Below, piece after piece: positions 19,151-29,246 of a stretch of DNA of 51,882 bases. Both the position numbers and the translations under genes were made by a program. Source of the stretch: Polaribacter sp. Lineage in GTDB: Bacteria; Bacteroidota; Bacteroidia; Flavobacteriales; Flavobacteriaceae. The notes beneath the pieces were generated by a model. That model searched no databases. It was not told the origin of the DNA and saw nothing but the letters and a program-made list of their open reading frames with translations. The stretch's first letter is position 1, and each line of letters opens with the position of its first letter. The stretch is from NCBI GenBank assembly GCA_042094215.1, contig JBELDQ010000001.1:1-51882 (forward strand), given 5' to 3'.

Positions 19151-19507
19151 ATGAACGCATATATCTACGTATTATCAATTAATGGATTGTTATTTTTCTT
19201 TAGCATTGTCTTCTATTTCTTTCCTCCGAATAAAATTAATAACTTCTATGGCTACAGAACTAAACTTTCCATGTTAAATACTGACATTTGGAACTTTGCT
19301 AACAAGCAATTTAACAAAGCTTTTGTTACATACGCTTTCATAGGTTGTCTCGCAGCAATAGTCCTACAAACAATAAGTACTAGCCAACTCACTTGGCAAC
19401 CGATGATTATCTTACTATGTTCACTTGGAGCTACTATTTTAACAACAGAACAACATCTTTCTCAAAATTTTGATAAAGAAGGAAAAAGAAAAAAACTTAA
19501 AAAGTAG
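19151..19507 (+). CDS. SdpI-family small membrane protein
   Basis: PPNKINNFYGYRT..S...W.FAN signature, three TM segments. Confidence 0.85.
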   Translation: MNAYIYVLSINGLLFFFSIVFYFFPPNKINNFYGYRTKLSMLNTDIWNFANKQFNKAFVTYAFIGCLAAIVLQTISTSQLTWQPMIILLCSLGATILTTEQHLSQNFDKEGKRKKLKK

Positions 19508-21953
19508 CCTGAATTGAAACTGAAAAGTTTCTCCCTGGAGAAGAGATTCCAGAAGCAAACTCTTTATAGTGCTCATCAAACAGGTTGGTAACCGCTGCTT
19601 GAAACGTGAAGTTTTCGCTTAAAGAATACCTTGTATTTACTCCAAAAGTCATCCAACTCGGCGATCCATAATAGGTATCAATCGCTGTTGTTGCATTCGC
19701 ATTAACAATAGGAGTTTGCACATGATTATCTATTCCCTCTGAAATATTATAACTTGCAATGTCTTTTTTTGCATTAAACCTATAGCTCGCTGTAAGCGCT
19801 AATTTATTTTTGTGATAGCTTACCTCAAAAGCCCCAAATAAGGGAGGAATTGACGACATAGGCTCATCTGTATCTATGCTTCTTCCCTTTGTGTAGGTAA
19901 TAAAACCAGCTGTTTTCCAATTCTGATTTAGCCAACCAAAATAATTTGCTGTAAATCCTTTGATATAGGCTGTCGATTTATTTACATTTCTCACGACATC
20001 TCCTAATTCTCCGCTATACATCACTGTCGTTCCATCAGCTTCTCTGGTAATATAGTCACGTAAAAGTGTATAATACATTCTAAAACCAAGACTAAAGGTT
20101 TTGTCATTAAAAAATTTCTGAGCACCTACTTCACCACTATATGCGAACTCAGGTTTTAATCCTATATTGGGCAAGGTAACCACACCATTCTTCTCTCTAA
20201 TTTTTCCTATATCATCTATATTTGGAGATCTAAAACCAGAAGAGAGAACACTTGTAATTTTCCAATCTCTCGTTGGCTTATATACGTATCCCATTGTAAA
20301 GGTAAGTGCTAAATTCTTTAAGATAATCTCATCTTGCTCTAAAGCGATAAAAGACTCATCTAACCACAAAGCGTTTAAATAGGTATGTGTCAATCTCAAA
20401 CCTGTATTTAATGTAGACTTCTCATTTAAATCTTGTCTATAGTCTGTATAAACTGCCCCAGATATATAACTACTTCCTTTATCGGGAAAACGAGACTGAA
20501 TATTAAATATCCCATCAAAACCAAGAACTTTACCATCAGAAACTAGAATAGTTCTACCTTCCGGCATCGACAGAACGTCATTATACGAAAATTCAAAACC
20601 GTACGACAAATTTCTATTCTCAGTAGTTGTTAAAGGCACTGTGAAATCGCCATTTAAACTAAAAACGTCAACTTCTTCATTTCTAAAATACGTCTCTAAA
20701 CTTCCAAACTTTCTTTGAACTCTAGATTCTTTAATGTTTTGATAAGCAAATGTAAAGGTCCCTTTATCTAACCATTTCTTTTCTGGATTGATTGACAGTT
20801 GTGTCGACCCCATAAACCTGTGTTGTGGGCCATAATACCATTCAGCAAATTTTAAGCTCCCCGATTTCAACTCCGATAGTTTATCAAATCTTGGAATATT
20901 TGAAGACGTAGAGTATTGAAGATTCACATACATGTTTGTCTTTTTAGAGAGCGGTATGTAAAACTTCTGAAGTACATCTGTTTGATCATACCCTGTGTTT
21001 CTCTGAATTGTAGGATCTGAATTGACGGTTGGATTCTCGAAATAATCACCTCCATTATTTTGAGAATAGTTGGGTACCAATCCCCACTCAGAAAAACCAT
21101 GAGAACGATTTTTACCCATTTGTAAATCGCCAAAAGAACTATAAGAAATACTCGTGTAAGAAGCCCATTTTTTAAAACGTAACTCAGCAGAAGCACTTGT
21201 TGTTATCTCTTGATTAACGGTTCCAAACCTAGAAAAGAAACCACTTTTAACAGTTTCTTTTTCTGCTGTTTTGGGTGTTTTTGTGTAGTAGTGAATCACC
21301 CCACCTAAAGCATCAGACCCATAGAGAACAGAAGACGGTCCAAATACAATTTCAGTTCTTTCTAGTTGTGTCGGAGAGACAGTTATTGAGTTTTGCAAAT
21401 GCCCTTTTCTGTAAATTGCATTGTTCATTCGAACCCCGTCTACCACTAATAAAACTCTATTAGACTCCATGCCTCTTAAAACAGGGCTTCCTCCTCCAAA
21501 TTGTGATTTCTGAACTTTTATTCCTGGAACAGTAGCCAATAAATCTGCCGTTGTCTGCGGAGATTCTTTAAAAATATCTTCCTTTGTCAGTGCTATAGTC
21601 TGCTCAGCAATACGTCTATAATTTTCCTTATTTCTAAAAACCGACAAGACAATCTCATCTAATCGAGCGGTTTTCTTAAGCAATAAAACACGATATCCTT
21701 TTTGGTGTAATTTAGCTTTTGATGTCTCATAGTCTGCGAAAGACACATGGGATATCATGATTCTGTCTGAGGTTGAAAATGCCGAAATATTCGCATGACC
21801 TTTGGCATCTGTAATCACCGAAATACGCAAATCTGTTGTGTAAATTGCGGCACCTTCTATAGGGAATCCTTTTTCACTATCTACAACAGTAATTGTTTGC
21901 CCAAAAACAGGGATACTAAATATCGCTAACCATAGCAAGGCTATTCTCTTCAT
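19497..21953 (-). CDS. TonB-dependent receptor (heme/siderophore receptor-like), substrate unknown
   Basis: Signal peptide, plug motifs (SPVLRG, LLVVDGVR, ERTEIVFGPSSVLYGSDALGGVI), NLFD..Y and terminal Phe. Confidence 0.93.
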   Translation of the reverse strand: MKRIALLWLAIFSIPVFGQTITVVDSEKGFPIEGAAIYTTDLRISVITDAKGHANISAFSTSDRIMISHVSFADYETSKAKLHQKGYRVLLLKKTARLDEIVLSVFRNKENYRRIAEQTIALTKEDIFKESPQTTADLLATVPGIKVQKSQFGGGSPVLRGMESNRVLLVVDGVRMNNAIYRKGHLQNSITVSPTQLERTEIVFGPSSVLYGSDALGGVIHYYTKTPKTAEKETVKSGFFSRFGTVNQEITTSASAELRFKKWASYTSISYSSFGDLQMGKNRSHGFSEWGLVPNYSQNNGGDYFENPTVNSDPTIQRNTGYDQTDVLQKFYIPLSKKTNMYVNLQYSTSSNIPRFDKLSELKSGSLKFAEWYYGPQHRFMGSTQLSINPEKKWLDKGTFTFAYQNIKESRVQRKFGSLETYFRNEEVDVFSLNGDFTVPLTTTENRNLSYGFEFSYNDVLSMPEGRTILVSDGKVLGFDGIFNIQSRFPDKGSSYISGAVYTDYRQDLNEKSTLNTGLRLTHTYLNALWLDESFIALEQDEIILKNLALTFTMGYVYKPTRDWKITSVLSSGFRSPNIDDIGKIREKNGVVTLPNIGLKPEFAYSGEVGAQKFFNDKTFSLGFRMYYTLLRDYITREADGTTVMYSGELGDVVRNVNKSTAYIKGFTANYFGWLNQNWKTAGFITYTKGRSIDTDEPMSSIPPLFGAFEVSYHKNKLALTASYRFNAKKDIASYNISEGIDNHVQTPIVNANATTAIDTYYGSPSWMTFGVNTRYSLSENFTFQAAVTNLFDEHYKEFASGISSPGRNFSVSIQATF

Positions 21954-22675
21954 TAACTAAATACTTTTTCTAAAACATCGAGAGATTTAGGTTTCCTAAA
22001 CCCTTCCAAATGCAATTCAAAATAACGAATTATTATTCCTAATACTCGCTGTCTTTCTGTTTTGTTAAATTCTATTAACTCTATACTATCAAAAGTTGTG
22101 CCCAATAACTTTTTAAACTGATAAAGATCATTGCCCGATACAACTTCTTTCTCTAAAGATACGGATGTAAAAACACCATCAACTAGATTAAAATATTTAG
22201 AATTAATCGCAGAAAAATCAGGATAAAACCCTAAGTACTTCGACAAATTTAACATAAATAATAAATGGAAGTTCGATATTTTATCGTGCGTATCCAACCA
22301 AATCAAGGAAGTTTCAATGAATGAAAATAACGCTGTATTTTCCTCTTCTTCTTGAATAGAACTCGTGAGTATTTCAGCTAAAAAAAGAACAATACTTTGC
22401 TTAAAAATAGTGTTATAAATACTCTTGTATGGATGTAGGATCTGTACCTCTTTTAGGCTGTTTAAATTTCCTTTATTATTATGATTTGCTTCTATTTTTA
22501 ATTGTGTGAGTGGTTGAAAATAGGCGGCTTTAATTTTTCCTTTCTTCGCCTTCAGAACTCCGCGTATCAAATAGGTTTTGACCCCTTCATCTAGGGTCAA
22601 ACATCGCACAATTAAACTTGTATCTCCATATTTTAATGAGTTTAAAACAATTGCTTTTGTGTTTACCTGAGCCAT
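21953..22675 (-). CDS. recO: DNA repair protein RecO
   Basis: AIVL..LKYGDTSLIV, FQPLT, LGFYPD, KSLDVLEKVF. Confidence 0.95.
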   Translation of the reverse strand: MAQVNTKAIVLNSLKYGDTSLIVRCLTLDEGVKTYLIRGVLKAKKGKIKAAYFQPLTQLKIEANHNNKGNLNSLKEVQILHPYKSIYNTIFKQSIVLFLAEILTSSIQEEEENTALFSFIETSLIWLDTHDKISNFHLLFMLNLSKYLGFYPDFSAINSKYFNLVDGVFTSVSLEKEVVSGNDLYQFKKLLGTTFDSIELIEFNKTERQRVLGIIIRYFELHLEGFRKPKSLDVLEKVFS

Positions 22676-22677
22676 AA

Positions 22678-25002
22678 TTAATTGATAATGGCAATTTTCG
22701 TAGAACTCGTTTCGGTTGCATCATCATTTGTGAGTAAAACAATATAAATTCCCGAAGCGACCTTTTTACCTGCTAGGTTGGCTTTATTCCAAACAACCTT
22801 CCCTCCCTGCAATTGTTCACCTTCTACAACATTTGTTTCGTACACTAAATTCCCTGAAACATCTAAGATTTTTACATTCGTTCCTTTGGGCAGATGTTCT
22901 CCGTTTTTTCCATCAATAGTAATCGTTTGGTGATTTCTCAATGCTGGATTGGGATACGCATACACCTCTCCCAATTCACTCCCAAAACTAGCGACTTTGC
23001 TATCATAAGCCACCACGCCTTTATCTGTTGCAAAGAATACCTTGCCTGTCGCTGAATCAACACTTATATGTTGTATTTTATTTGATGGTAAAGGAGAATT
23101 GTCTTTATTAAAACTACCCAAGGTATTCTGACCATTGGGATTCGTATACAACACACCTCCATTATCAGTTCCAAACCATTTATTATCTGCTCCATCTATC
23201 GCAATTGTATTAATTGTTTGGTTTCCTAGAAGCTTTTTAGGAATACCATCGTCTAAAATAATAACGGGTTCTGCATCGTAAATAGTCGCATCAAAAAATC
23301 CACTTGCATTGCTATAAATTGCCAAACCAGCTTGGGTTCCTATCCAGACCCTATTTGAATTATCAATGGCAATAGTTCTCACATTTGGGTGTGGAAGACT
23401 TCCTTTTGTAGGAGCTGTTGTTAACGCTCTTTTTTGATCTCCGTTTTCATTGTACACATAGACACCATTTCTTCTTGTACCAATCCACAAACTATTTAAC
23501 CTGTCAATCTGAACCGTATTTACCTCTTCAGCTGAATTGGTCTGTAAACCTCTTAAATCAATCGTTTTCCAAGCACCTTCTGCCGAGAATTTTTTTAGTT
23601 TAAAAGCCCCTAAAGCATCTGTGACCCATAAGTTTCCTTGACTGTCAAAAACAGTGCCATTGATTCGCGTTGTTATTCGATTAGAATTGCTAGGAAAATA
23701 ATCTTCTAACGGACTATTTTGAGAATTATAAAATTGAAATATTTCATCATCTACAACCTCTAACAAACCTCCTCCCGATAATATATTTCCGGAATTCGTA
23801 TCTGCAAAAGAACTTATAAAAACTCTGTTATCGTGATCAGGATCTATGGTAACACTGACCAAATCAACTACTGGAAATGCGGATGTAAAAGGAGTGTTTA
23901 TCCAATCTACCCCATTAAAATGACTAAACCCTTTTAGATTTCCCACAGGCACATAAGCAGCTGTATAACCTCCGTAAACAAACCAAATATTGTTGCGAAA
24001 AGAAGCCATTGAAAAAACACCATTAGACAGAGGTCCGTTTGGATGTATCTCTGTAAAAATCTGAGTGGTTAACGGGGTTTGAAGTATGCCGTATTCTTTG
24101 GTATTTAAGTACACTTTGTTGTCATGAACTAAAGCAGAATTTAAGCTGTAATTGTATGCTAACGTGGTAAAACTTTTAAAGGCTTCCGTCCATGAATTTG
24201 TATAAACATAGGCGGTTTTTTCTGTAGTTACAGTGATATATTCTAGCTCACTTTTTAAACTTAATACCGCTGAGGGTAGGGTTTTTTCTAAAACTAAATT
24301 TGTCTCATTCAATTTATAAATTTTATTCGCTGTAGACGCATAAATACCTCCATTAAAATGTGTAATATTTGAAAAATCACCAGCAAAAATCAATTCCCAA
24401 TTATTAAAATCAATCAAATTAGCATCCAACAAACTTGCTTTATAAATACCATTCTTAGTAGCTGCAAAGATGTCATCATTTAGAATCAATGTTTGATTAA
24501 TTTGAACGGCTGACGATGAAGCTCCGATAAAATAGGTGTCTCCAAACTCTAACTTATCTATATTGTATGCTACAATTGCAAAAGGAGTCGAAATATATAG
24601 GGTGTTTCCATACTCAGAAATATGACGAATTCGCTTGTCTCCTGATTGATTAAAATTTACGATATCTGCAGAAATATGAATCGATTTATCTTCTTTTAAG
24701 ACCTCTATCAAGCCTGTTTCATAACCAATAACCAAACGTTCACTTGAAGAGTGAAAACACATAGCAGAAGTCGTTTCTCCAGACAAACCATTTACAGAAG
24801 AAATCTTATCTATCTCATTATTCAAAAGATTGTAGGTGAAAATTGCATTATCGGACAATGCAACTACATCTGTATTTGTAATGACAACATCTTTTACATT
24901 ATTATACGAATAAAAATCTTCCCACGAATCACTATAATCTGTTTGCGAAAACACGACGCATAGAGGCATAAAAAAGAATAAAAACAAGGTGTTTTTCTTC
25001 AT
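22678..25002 (-). CDS. porZ: T9SS component PorZ (beta-propellers plus C-terminal T9SS CTD)
   Basis: Signal peptide MKKNTLFL from 25002 (ORF track start 25071 is an extension), WEDFYSY, propeller repeats (IAIDGADNKWFGT), VYAYPNP CTD; adjacent to recO. Confidence 0.88.
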   Translation of the reverse strand: MKKNTLFLFFFMPLCVVFSQTDYSDSWEDFYSYNNVKDVVITNTDVVALSDNAIFTYNLLNNEIDKISSVNGLSGETTSAMCFHSSSERLVIGYETGLIEVLKEDKSIHISADIVNFNQSGDKRIRHISEYGNTLYISTPFAIVAYNIDKLEFGDTYFIGASSSAVQINQTLILNDDIFAATKNGIYKASLLDANLIDFNNWELIFAGDFSNITHFNGGIYASTANKIYKLNETNLVLEKTLPSAVLSLKSELEYITVTTEKTAYVYTNSWTEAFKSFTTLAYNYSLNSALVHDNKVYLNTKEYGILQTPLTTQIFTEIHPNGPLSNGVFSMASFRNNIWFVYGGYTAAYVPVGNLKGFSHFNGVDWINTPFTSAFPVVDLVSVTIDPDHDNRVFISSFADTNSGNILSGGGLLEVVDDEIFQFYNSQNSPLEDYFPSNSNRITTRINGTVFDSQGNLWVTDALGAFKLKKFSAEGAWKTIDLRGLQTNSAEEVNTVQIDRLNSLWIGTRRNGVYVYNENGDQKRALTTAPTKGSLPHPNVRTIAIDNSNRVWIGTQAGLAIYSNASGFFDATIYDAEPVIILDDGIPKKLLGNQTINTIAIDGADNKWFGTDNGGVLYTNPNGQNTLGSFNKDNSPLPSNKIQHISVDSATGKVFFATDKGVVAYDSKVASFGSELGEVYAYPNPALRNHQTITIDGKNGEHLPKGTNVKILDVSGNLVYETNVVEGEQLQGGKVVWNKANLAGKKVASGIYIVLLTNDDATETSSTKIAIIN

Positions 25003-25025
25003 AGTTTCAAAATAAATTGATGATT

Positions 25026-25033
25026 CAAAGATA
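25026..25033 (-). promoter_or_regulatory. -7 element (TATCTTTG) for porZ-recO-TBDR
   Basis: TAnnTTTG match 23 nt upstream of ATG 25002. Confidence 0.6.
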
Positions 25034-25096
25034 TTTAATAATTGTAACAATAACGATAAAAAACAATACATTAGTACAAAATATTAAAGCCACTTC

Positions 25097-25570
25097 ATGA
25101 GCCTAGAAATTGAACGTAAGTTTTTAGTAAAAAACGAATCTTTTAAGCAAGAAGCTTTTAAAAAAAGCTATATAAAACAAGGGTTTCTAAGCTCTCACAA
25201 AGAGAGAACAGTTCGGGTTAGAATTATTGATGAGACTGCTTTTATAACCGTAAAAGGGAAATCTAATACTACTGGAACAACTCGCTTTGAATGGGAAAAA
25301 GAAATCACTGTAGAGGAAGCAAAAGACCTACTGCTTCTGTCAGAAGAAACATGCATAGAAAAGCATCGTTTTTATGTAAAAAGTGAGCAACACATTTTTG
25401 AAATAGATACTTTTTTAGGCGCCAACTTAGGTCTTACCATTGCGGAAGTAGAATTAAACTCAGAAGATGAAATTTTCACAAAACCATCATGGATAGATAC
25501 AGAGGTAACGGGAGAAGTCAAATACTACAATTCTTCATTGAGTAAGCATCCATTTCAATTATGGACATAG
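25097..25570 (+). CDS. CYTH domain protein (triphosphate tunnel metalloenzyme)
   Basis: EIERKFLV, VRVRI, ITVKG, IEKHR, AEVEL. Confidence 0.93.
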   Translation: MSLEIERKFLVKNESFKQEAFKKSYIKQGFLSSHKERTVRVRIIDETAFITVKGKSNTTGTTRFEWEKEITVEEAKDLLLLSEETCIEKHRFYVKSEQHIFEIDTFLGANLGLTIAEVELNSEDEIFTKPSWIDTEVTGEVKYYNSSLSKHPFQLWT

Positions 25571-25598
25571 AAAATTACGCTCAAACTACATCTAAAAG

Positions 25599-26237
25599 TT
25601 AACAATAAAAATAAATAGAAATAAAATGAGAAATACTCCCTAAGAGCACAAAAACGTGAAATATAGCATGGTTATAAGGAATCTTTTTGATGGAGTATAG
25701 CAGAGCTCCAACAGTATAAAAAACACCGCCTAAAAACAACCAAAAGACCCCTTGCTCAGGCAGCTTCTCAAGCAATGGGTTAATCGCAAAAACAATTTGC
25801 CAACCCATCAATACATACATTGCTGTTGAGAGTTTGTCAAACCTTCCTGTAAAAAATAATTTCAAGACAATCCCCATCAAAGCAAAAAGCCATGTCAGCC
25901 CAAAAATAATCCAACCGGTCTCTCCTTCCAGGCTAATCAATGTAAACGGGGTATATGTTCCTGCGATTAATACATAAATAGCTGCATGGTCAAAGATATT
26001 TAATTTTCTTCTTAAATTAGGATCTTTTTCTTTGTGATACAATGTTGATGCGGCATACAAAACAAGTATGCTTATCCCATAGATATAAAGACTTACAGGT
26101 TTCCAAAACCCCTCAAAAGCGAATGATTTTCGTATCAAAAAAGGAAGTGCAACCAGCCCCATAAAGAATCCTAAAGCATGCGATAACACATTTAATTTTT
26201 CTTCTTTTTCGCTGTACTTAAAATTTAATTTACTCAT
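25599..26237 (-). CDS. Hemolysin III / PAQR family membrane protein (TrhA-like)
   Basis: EEKLNVLSH, STLYH, FDHAAIYVLIAGTYTPF, HAIFHVFVL. Confidence 0.93.
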   Translation of the reverse strand: MSKLNFKYSEKEEKLNVLSHALGFFMGLVALPFLIRKSFAFEGFWKPVSLYIYGISILVLYAASTLYHKEKDPNLRRKLNIFDHAAIYVLIAGTYTPFTLISLEGETGWIIFGLTWLFALMGIVLKLFFTGRFDKLSTAMYVLMGWQIVFAINPLLEKLPEQGVFWLFLGGVFYTVGALLYSIKKIPYNHAIFHVFVLLGSISHFISIYFYC

Positions 26238-27001
26238 TTAAATCTGTTTGTATCTTTCATGTATTTCTCATCACTAGAAAGCTCTTGATGTATCACATCA
26301 AATGTATTCTGTAAAAGAGGTTGCATATCATCTTTAAGCGTCATCCCTTTCGTCTCAATAAAAGCGTGTTGTTTAACTCTAAAAACTCCAGGTCCTCCTT
26401 TAAATAAATTCCAAGAAAATAAACGTTTGCCATCATAATAGGTTGTAGGAACAATTGGAATTTGAAATTCTATTGCCAAATTAAATGCTCCTTTTTTAAA
26501 TGGACTTAGAATTACATCTTCTGAAGGAACCAATCCTTCTGGAAAAATTCCCATACTCGTTCCATTTTGCAATCTTTTTTTTGCCATTTGATAAACGCGC
26601 TTTTTGCTCTTTGCACTACTTCTATCAACCATAATAACGGTTTTTTTATAAAAAAACCCAAAAATAGGAATCTTCACTAATTCTTTTTTACCCACGAAAA
26701 CGATAGGGTTTTTAGACATTGCTGCGAGTACAAAAGGATCTAACAAAGAGGTATGGTTTGGACAAAACATATAGCTTTTATTTCTATCTATTTCTTGTAC
26801 CATACTTTTATCTATTCTAAAACCAGTTCCGTAAATTAAAATTTTCGATAAAACCCTAACAAACTTCCAAAAAACAGGGTAGTACTTTTCATCTGAAGTC
26901 AAAACCAATAAAAAAGGAAACATGAGAATGATTGTAACGGCAAATAAAACATAAAACCATATGCGCCAAAGTAGTCTTAAAATATTTTTAATAAGCTTCA
27001 T
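26234..27001 (-). CDS. plsC: 1-acyl-sn-glycerol-3-phosphate acyltransferase
   Basis: NHTSLLD (HxxxxD), FPEG, PFKKGAF; ATG 27001 preferred because TTG 27010 lies inside a -7 element (27008-27015). Confidence 0.88.
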   Translation of the reverse strand: MKLIKNILRLLWRIWFYVLFAVTIILMFPFLLVLTSDEKYYPVFWKFVRVLSKILIYGTGFRIDKSMVQEIDRNKSYMFCPNHTSLLDPFVLAAMSKNPIVFVGKKELVKIPIFGFFYKKTVIMVDRSSAKSKKRVYQMAKKRLQNGTSMGIFPEGLVPSEDVILSPFKKGAFNLAIEFQIPIVPTTYYDGKRLFSWNLFKGGPGVFRVKQHAFIETKGMTLKDDMQPLLQNTFDVIHQELSSDEKYMKDTNRFK

Positions 27002-27054
27002 AGTTGCCAAATGTAGTAATTTATATTGTTATTAGGTTTTCCTTATTAAAACTG

Positions 27055-27062
27055 TATTTTTG
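27055..27062 (+). promoter_or_regulatory. -7 element (TATTTTTG) for trpS
   Basis: TAnnTTTG match 31 nt upstream of the ATG. Confidence 0.5.
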
Positions 27063-27093
27063 CTTGTAGAACTACAATATTAAAAATAGTTAC

Positions 27094-28062
27094 ATGTCTA
27101 GAATACTTACCGGAGTACAAAGTACAGGAACCCCCCATTTAGGAAATTTATTAGGAGCGATTATTCCAGCAATACAAATGGCAAATAACCCTGCAAATGA
27201 AGCATTCTTGTTTATAGCAGATATGCATTCTTTAACTCAAATAAAAGATGGTAAAGAACTAAGAGAAAACACCTATAGTACTGCTGCAACTTGGCTTGCT
27301 TGTGGATTGGATATTAATTCTTCTGTTTTTTACAGACAAAGTGATATTCCAGAAGTAACTGAACTGAACTGGTATTTGAGTTGTTTTTTCCCATACCAAC
27401 GTTTAACATTAGCACATAGTTTCAAAGACAAAGCAGATCGTTTATCTGATGTAAACAGTGGTTTATTTACCTATCCAATGCTCATGGCTGCAGACATTTT
27501 ATTATACGATGCAGAAATAGTTCCTGTAGGAAAAGATCAATTACAACACCTCGAAATGACGCGTGATGTTGCCAACCGATTAAATAACGTTGTTGGCGAA
27601 ACATTGATACTACCGACAGCCAAAATCAATGAAGAAACAAAATTAGTTCCAGGTACTGATGGAGAAAAAATGAGCAAGTCTCGTAACAATTTCATCAATA
27701 TTTTCTTAGCAGACAAAAAACTAAGGAAGCAAATTATGGGAATTCAAACAGATAGCACACCACTAGAAGACCCCAAAGATCCAGATACAGATCATGTATT
27801 TGCTTTGTATAAATTAATTGCTTCGGAAGAGCAAATTGCAACCATGCGCTCAAATTACGAAGGAGGTAATTACGGTTATGGCCACGCAAAACAGGCGCTG
27901 TATGAATTAATCATTACTACATTTTCTAAAGAAAGAGCTGCCTATAATCATTATATAGAAAACCCTAAAGAGATTGATGATGCGCTTGCCATTGGCGCAG
28001 AGAAAGCAAGAAAAGTAGCCCAAGATGTTCTCAAAAGAGTTCGAAAAAAAATTGGATATTAA
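27094..28062 (+). CDS. trpS: Tryptophan--tRNA ligase
   Basis: TPHLGN, YPMLMAADILLY, VPVGKDQLQH, KMSKS. Confidence 0.98.
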   Translation: MSRILTGVQSTGTPHLGNLLGAIIPAIQMANNPANEAFLFIADMHSLTQIKDGKELRENTYSTAATWLACGLDINSSVFYRQSDIPEVTELNWYLSCFFPYQRLTLAHSFKDKADRLSDVNSGLFTYPMLMAADILLYDAEIVPVGKDQLQHLEMTRDVANRLNNVVGETLILPTAKINEETKLVPGTDGEKMSKSRNNFINIFLADKKLRKQIMGIQTDSTPLEDPKDPDTDHVFALYKLIASEEQIATMRSNYEGGNYGYGHAKQALYELIITTFSKERAAYNHYIENPKEIDDALAIGAEKARKVAQDVLKRVRKKIGY

Positions 28063-28094
28063 AAAAAAGCCTCGAAAATTTCGAGGCTTTTTTT
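28062..28094. terminator. Bidirectional intrinsic terminator between trpS and the aldo/keto reductase
   Basis: A-run GCCTCGAAA/TTTCGAGGC-type stem T-run, between convergent stop codons. Confidence 0.9.
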
Positions 28095-29130
28095 ATGGAG
28101 CAGGATTTGGAATCATGCTATGCACAGCTGCTATCTCTTTTAAAATAGTCTCAGACAAGTCTATATGGATGCTTTCAATATTCTCCTTTAACTGGGTTAA
28201 ATTGGTTGCTCCAATAATATTGCTAGTAACAAAGGGTAATTGATTCACAAAAGCCAATGACAATTGCGCTAGGGTTAACCCGTGTTTTACAGCTATATCT
28301 TGGTACTTTTTCACAGCAACTTCAGATTGCTCACTTGAGTACCTATTGAACCTTGGAAACAAGCTTACACGAGCTCCTTCTGGTGTTTTCCCTCCAATAT
28401 ACTTTCCAGAAAGCACTCCAAAAGCTAGTGGAGAATAGACTAATAATCCAATATTTTCTCTCAAAGACACCTCTGACATACCGTATTCATAGGCTCTATG
28501 AATTAAAGAATATGAATTTTGAATGGTACTCATTCTTGGAAAACCATGGTCTTTTGCTGTTTGCAAATACTTCATAGTTCCCCATGGAGTTTCATTAGAC
28601 AAGCCCACTTGTTTTATTTTCCCCTCTTTTACAAAACCATGCAAAGTTTCTAAAATTTCAAAATGATTTTCTGCTTCTTTTGATGCAGTACGAAAAGGAT
28701 AGTCACGCACACCAAAACAATTAACACCTCTTTCTGGCCAGTGCAACTGATACAGATCAATATAATCTGTTTGTAAACGTTTCAAACTGCCCTCTAAAGC
28801 CTCTTTCAGAGCTCTTTTACTAAAGCCATCTTTACGGATATGAGCCGTATAATCTCCTCCTCCAGCTATTTTAGAGGCCAATACTACCCGATCTCTATTT
28901 CCTGTTTTTTTAAACCATGTCCCAATTATTTTTTCAGTTTCCCCATAGGTCTCTGGAGAAGCAGGAACTGAATATAGCTCTGCAGTATCAAAAAAATTGA
29001 CTCCTTGATCAAGTGCAAAATCCATCTGTTGATGCCCCTCTGCCTCTGTGTTTTGATTTCCCCAAGTCATGGTTCCTAGACAAATTTTAGAAACTTTAAT
29101 TGATGAATTCGGTAATGTGGTATATTTCAT
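28093..29130 (-). CDS. NADP(H)-dependent aldo/keto reductase (Tas-like)
   Basis: CLGTMTWG, FDTAELY, SLKRLQTDYIDLYQLHWP, GLSNETPWG, C-terminal PNPAP. Confidence 0.94.
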   Translation of the reverse strand: MKYTTLPNSSIKVSKICLGTMTWGNQNTEAEGHQQMDFALDQGVNFFDTAELYSVPASPETYGETEKIIGTWFKKTGNRDRVVLASKIAGGGDYTAHIRKDGFSKRALKEALEGSLKRLQTDYIDLYQLHWPERGVNCFGVRDYPFRTASKEAENHFEILETLHGFVKEGKIKQVGLSNETPWGTMKYLQTAKDHGFPRMSTIQNSYSLIHRAYEYGMSEVSLRENIGLLVYSPLAFGVLSGKYIGGKTPEGARVSLFPRFNRYSSEQSEVAVKKYQDIAVKHGLTLAQLSLAFVNQLPFVTSNIIGATNLTQLKENIESIHIDLSETILKEIAAVHSMIPNPAP

Positions 29131-29246
29131 AATACGTTGTTCGTAGTTTACTTGTTCGCTAATTTAAAGTATGCTCAGTAATTTATTTTTTATAATCTAC
29201 CAGATGCATCACATACATCCGTTTTCGAAATGCGGGTTTCACAATA

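Noticed and set aside
25003-25071. N-terminal extension of PorZ in the ORF track
   Set aside because: Contains the -7 promoter element and precedes a clear signal peptide starting at 25002.
25097-25570. CYTH protein as an adenylate cyclase or defence nucleotide-signalling enzyme
   Set aside because: Stand-alone short CYTH among housekeeping genes, with no effector or sensor neighbour.
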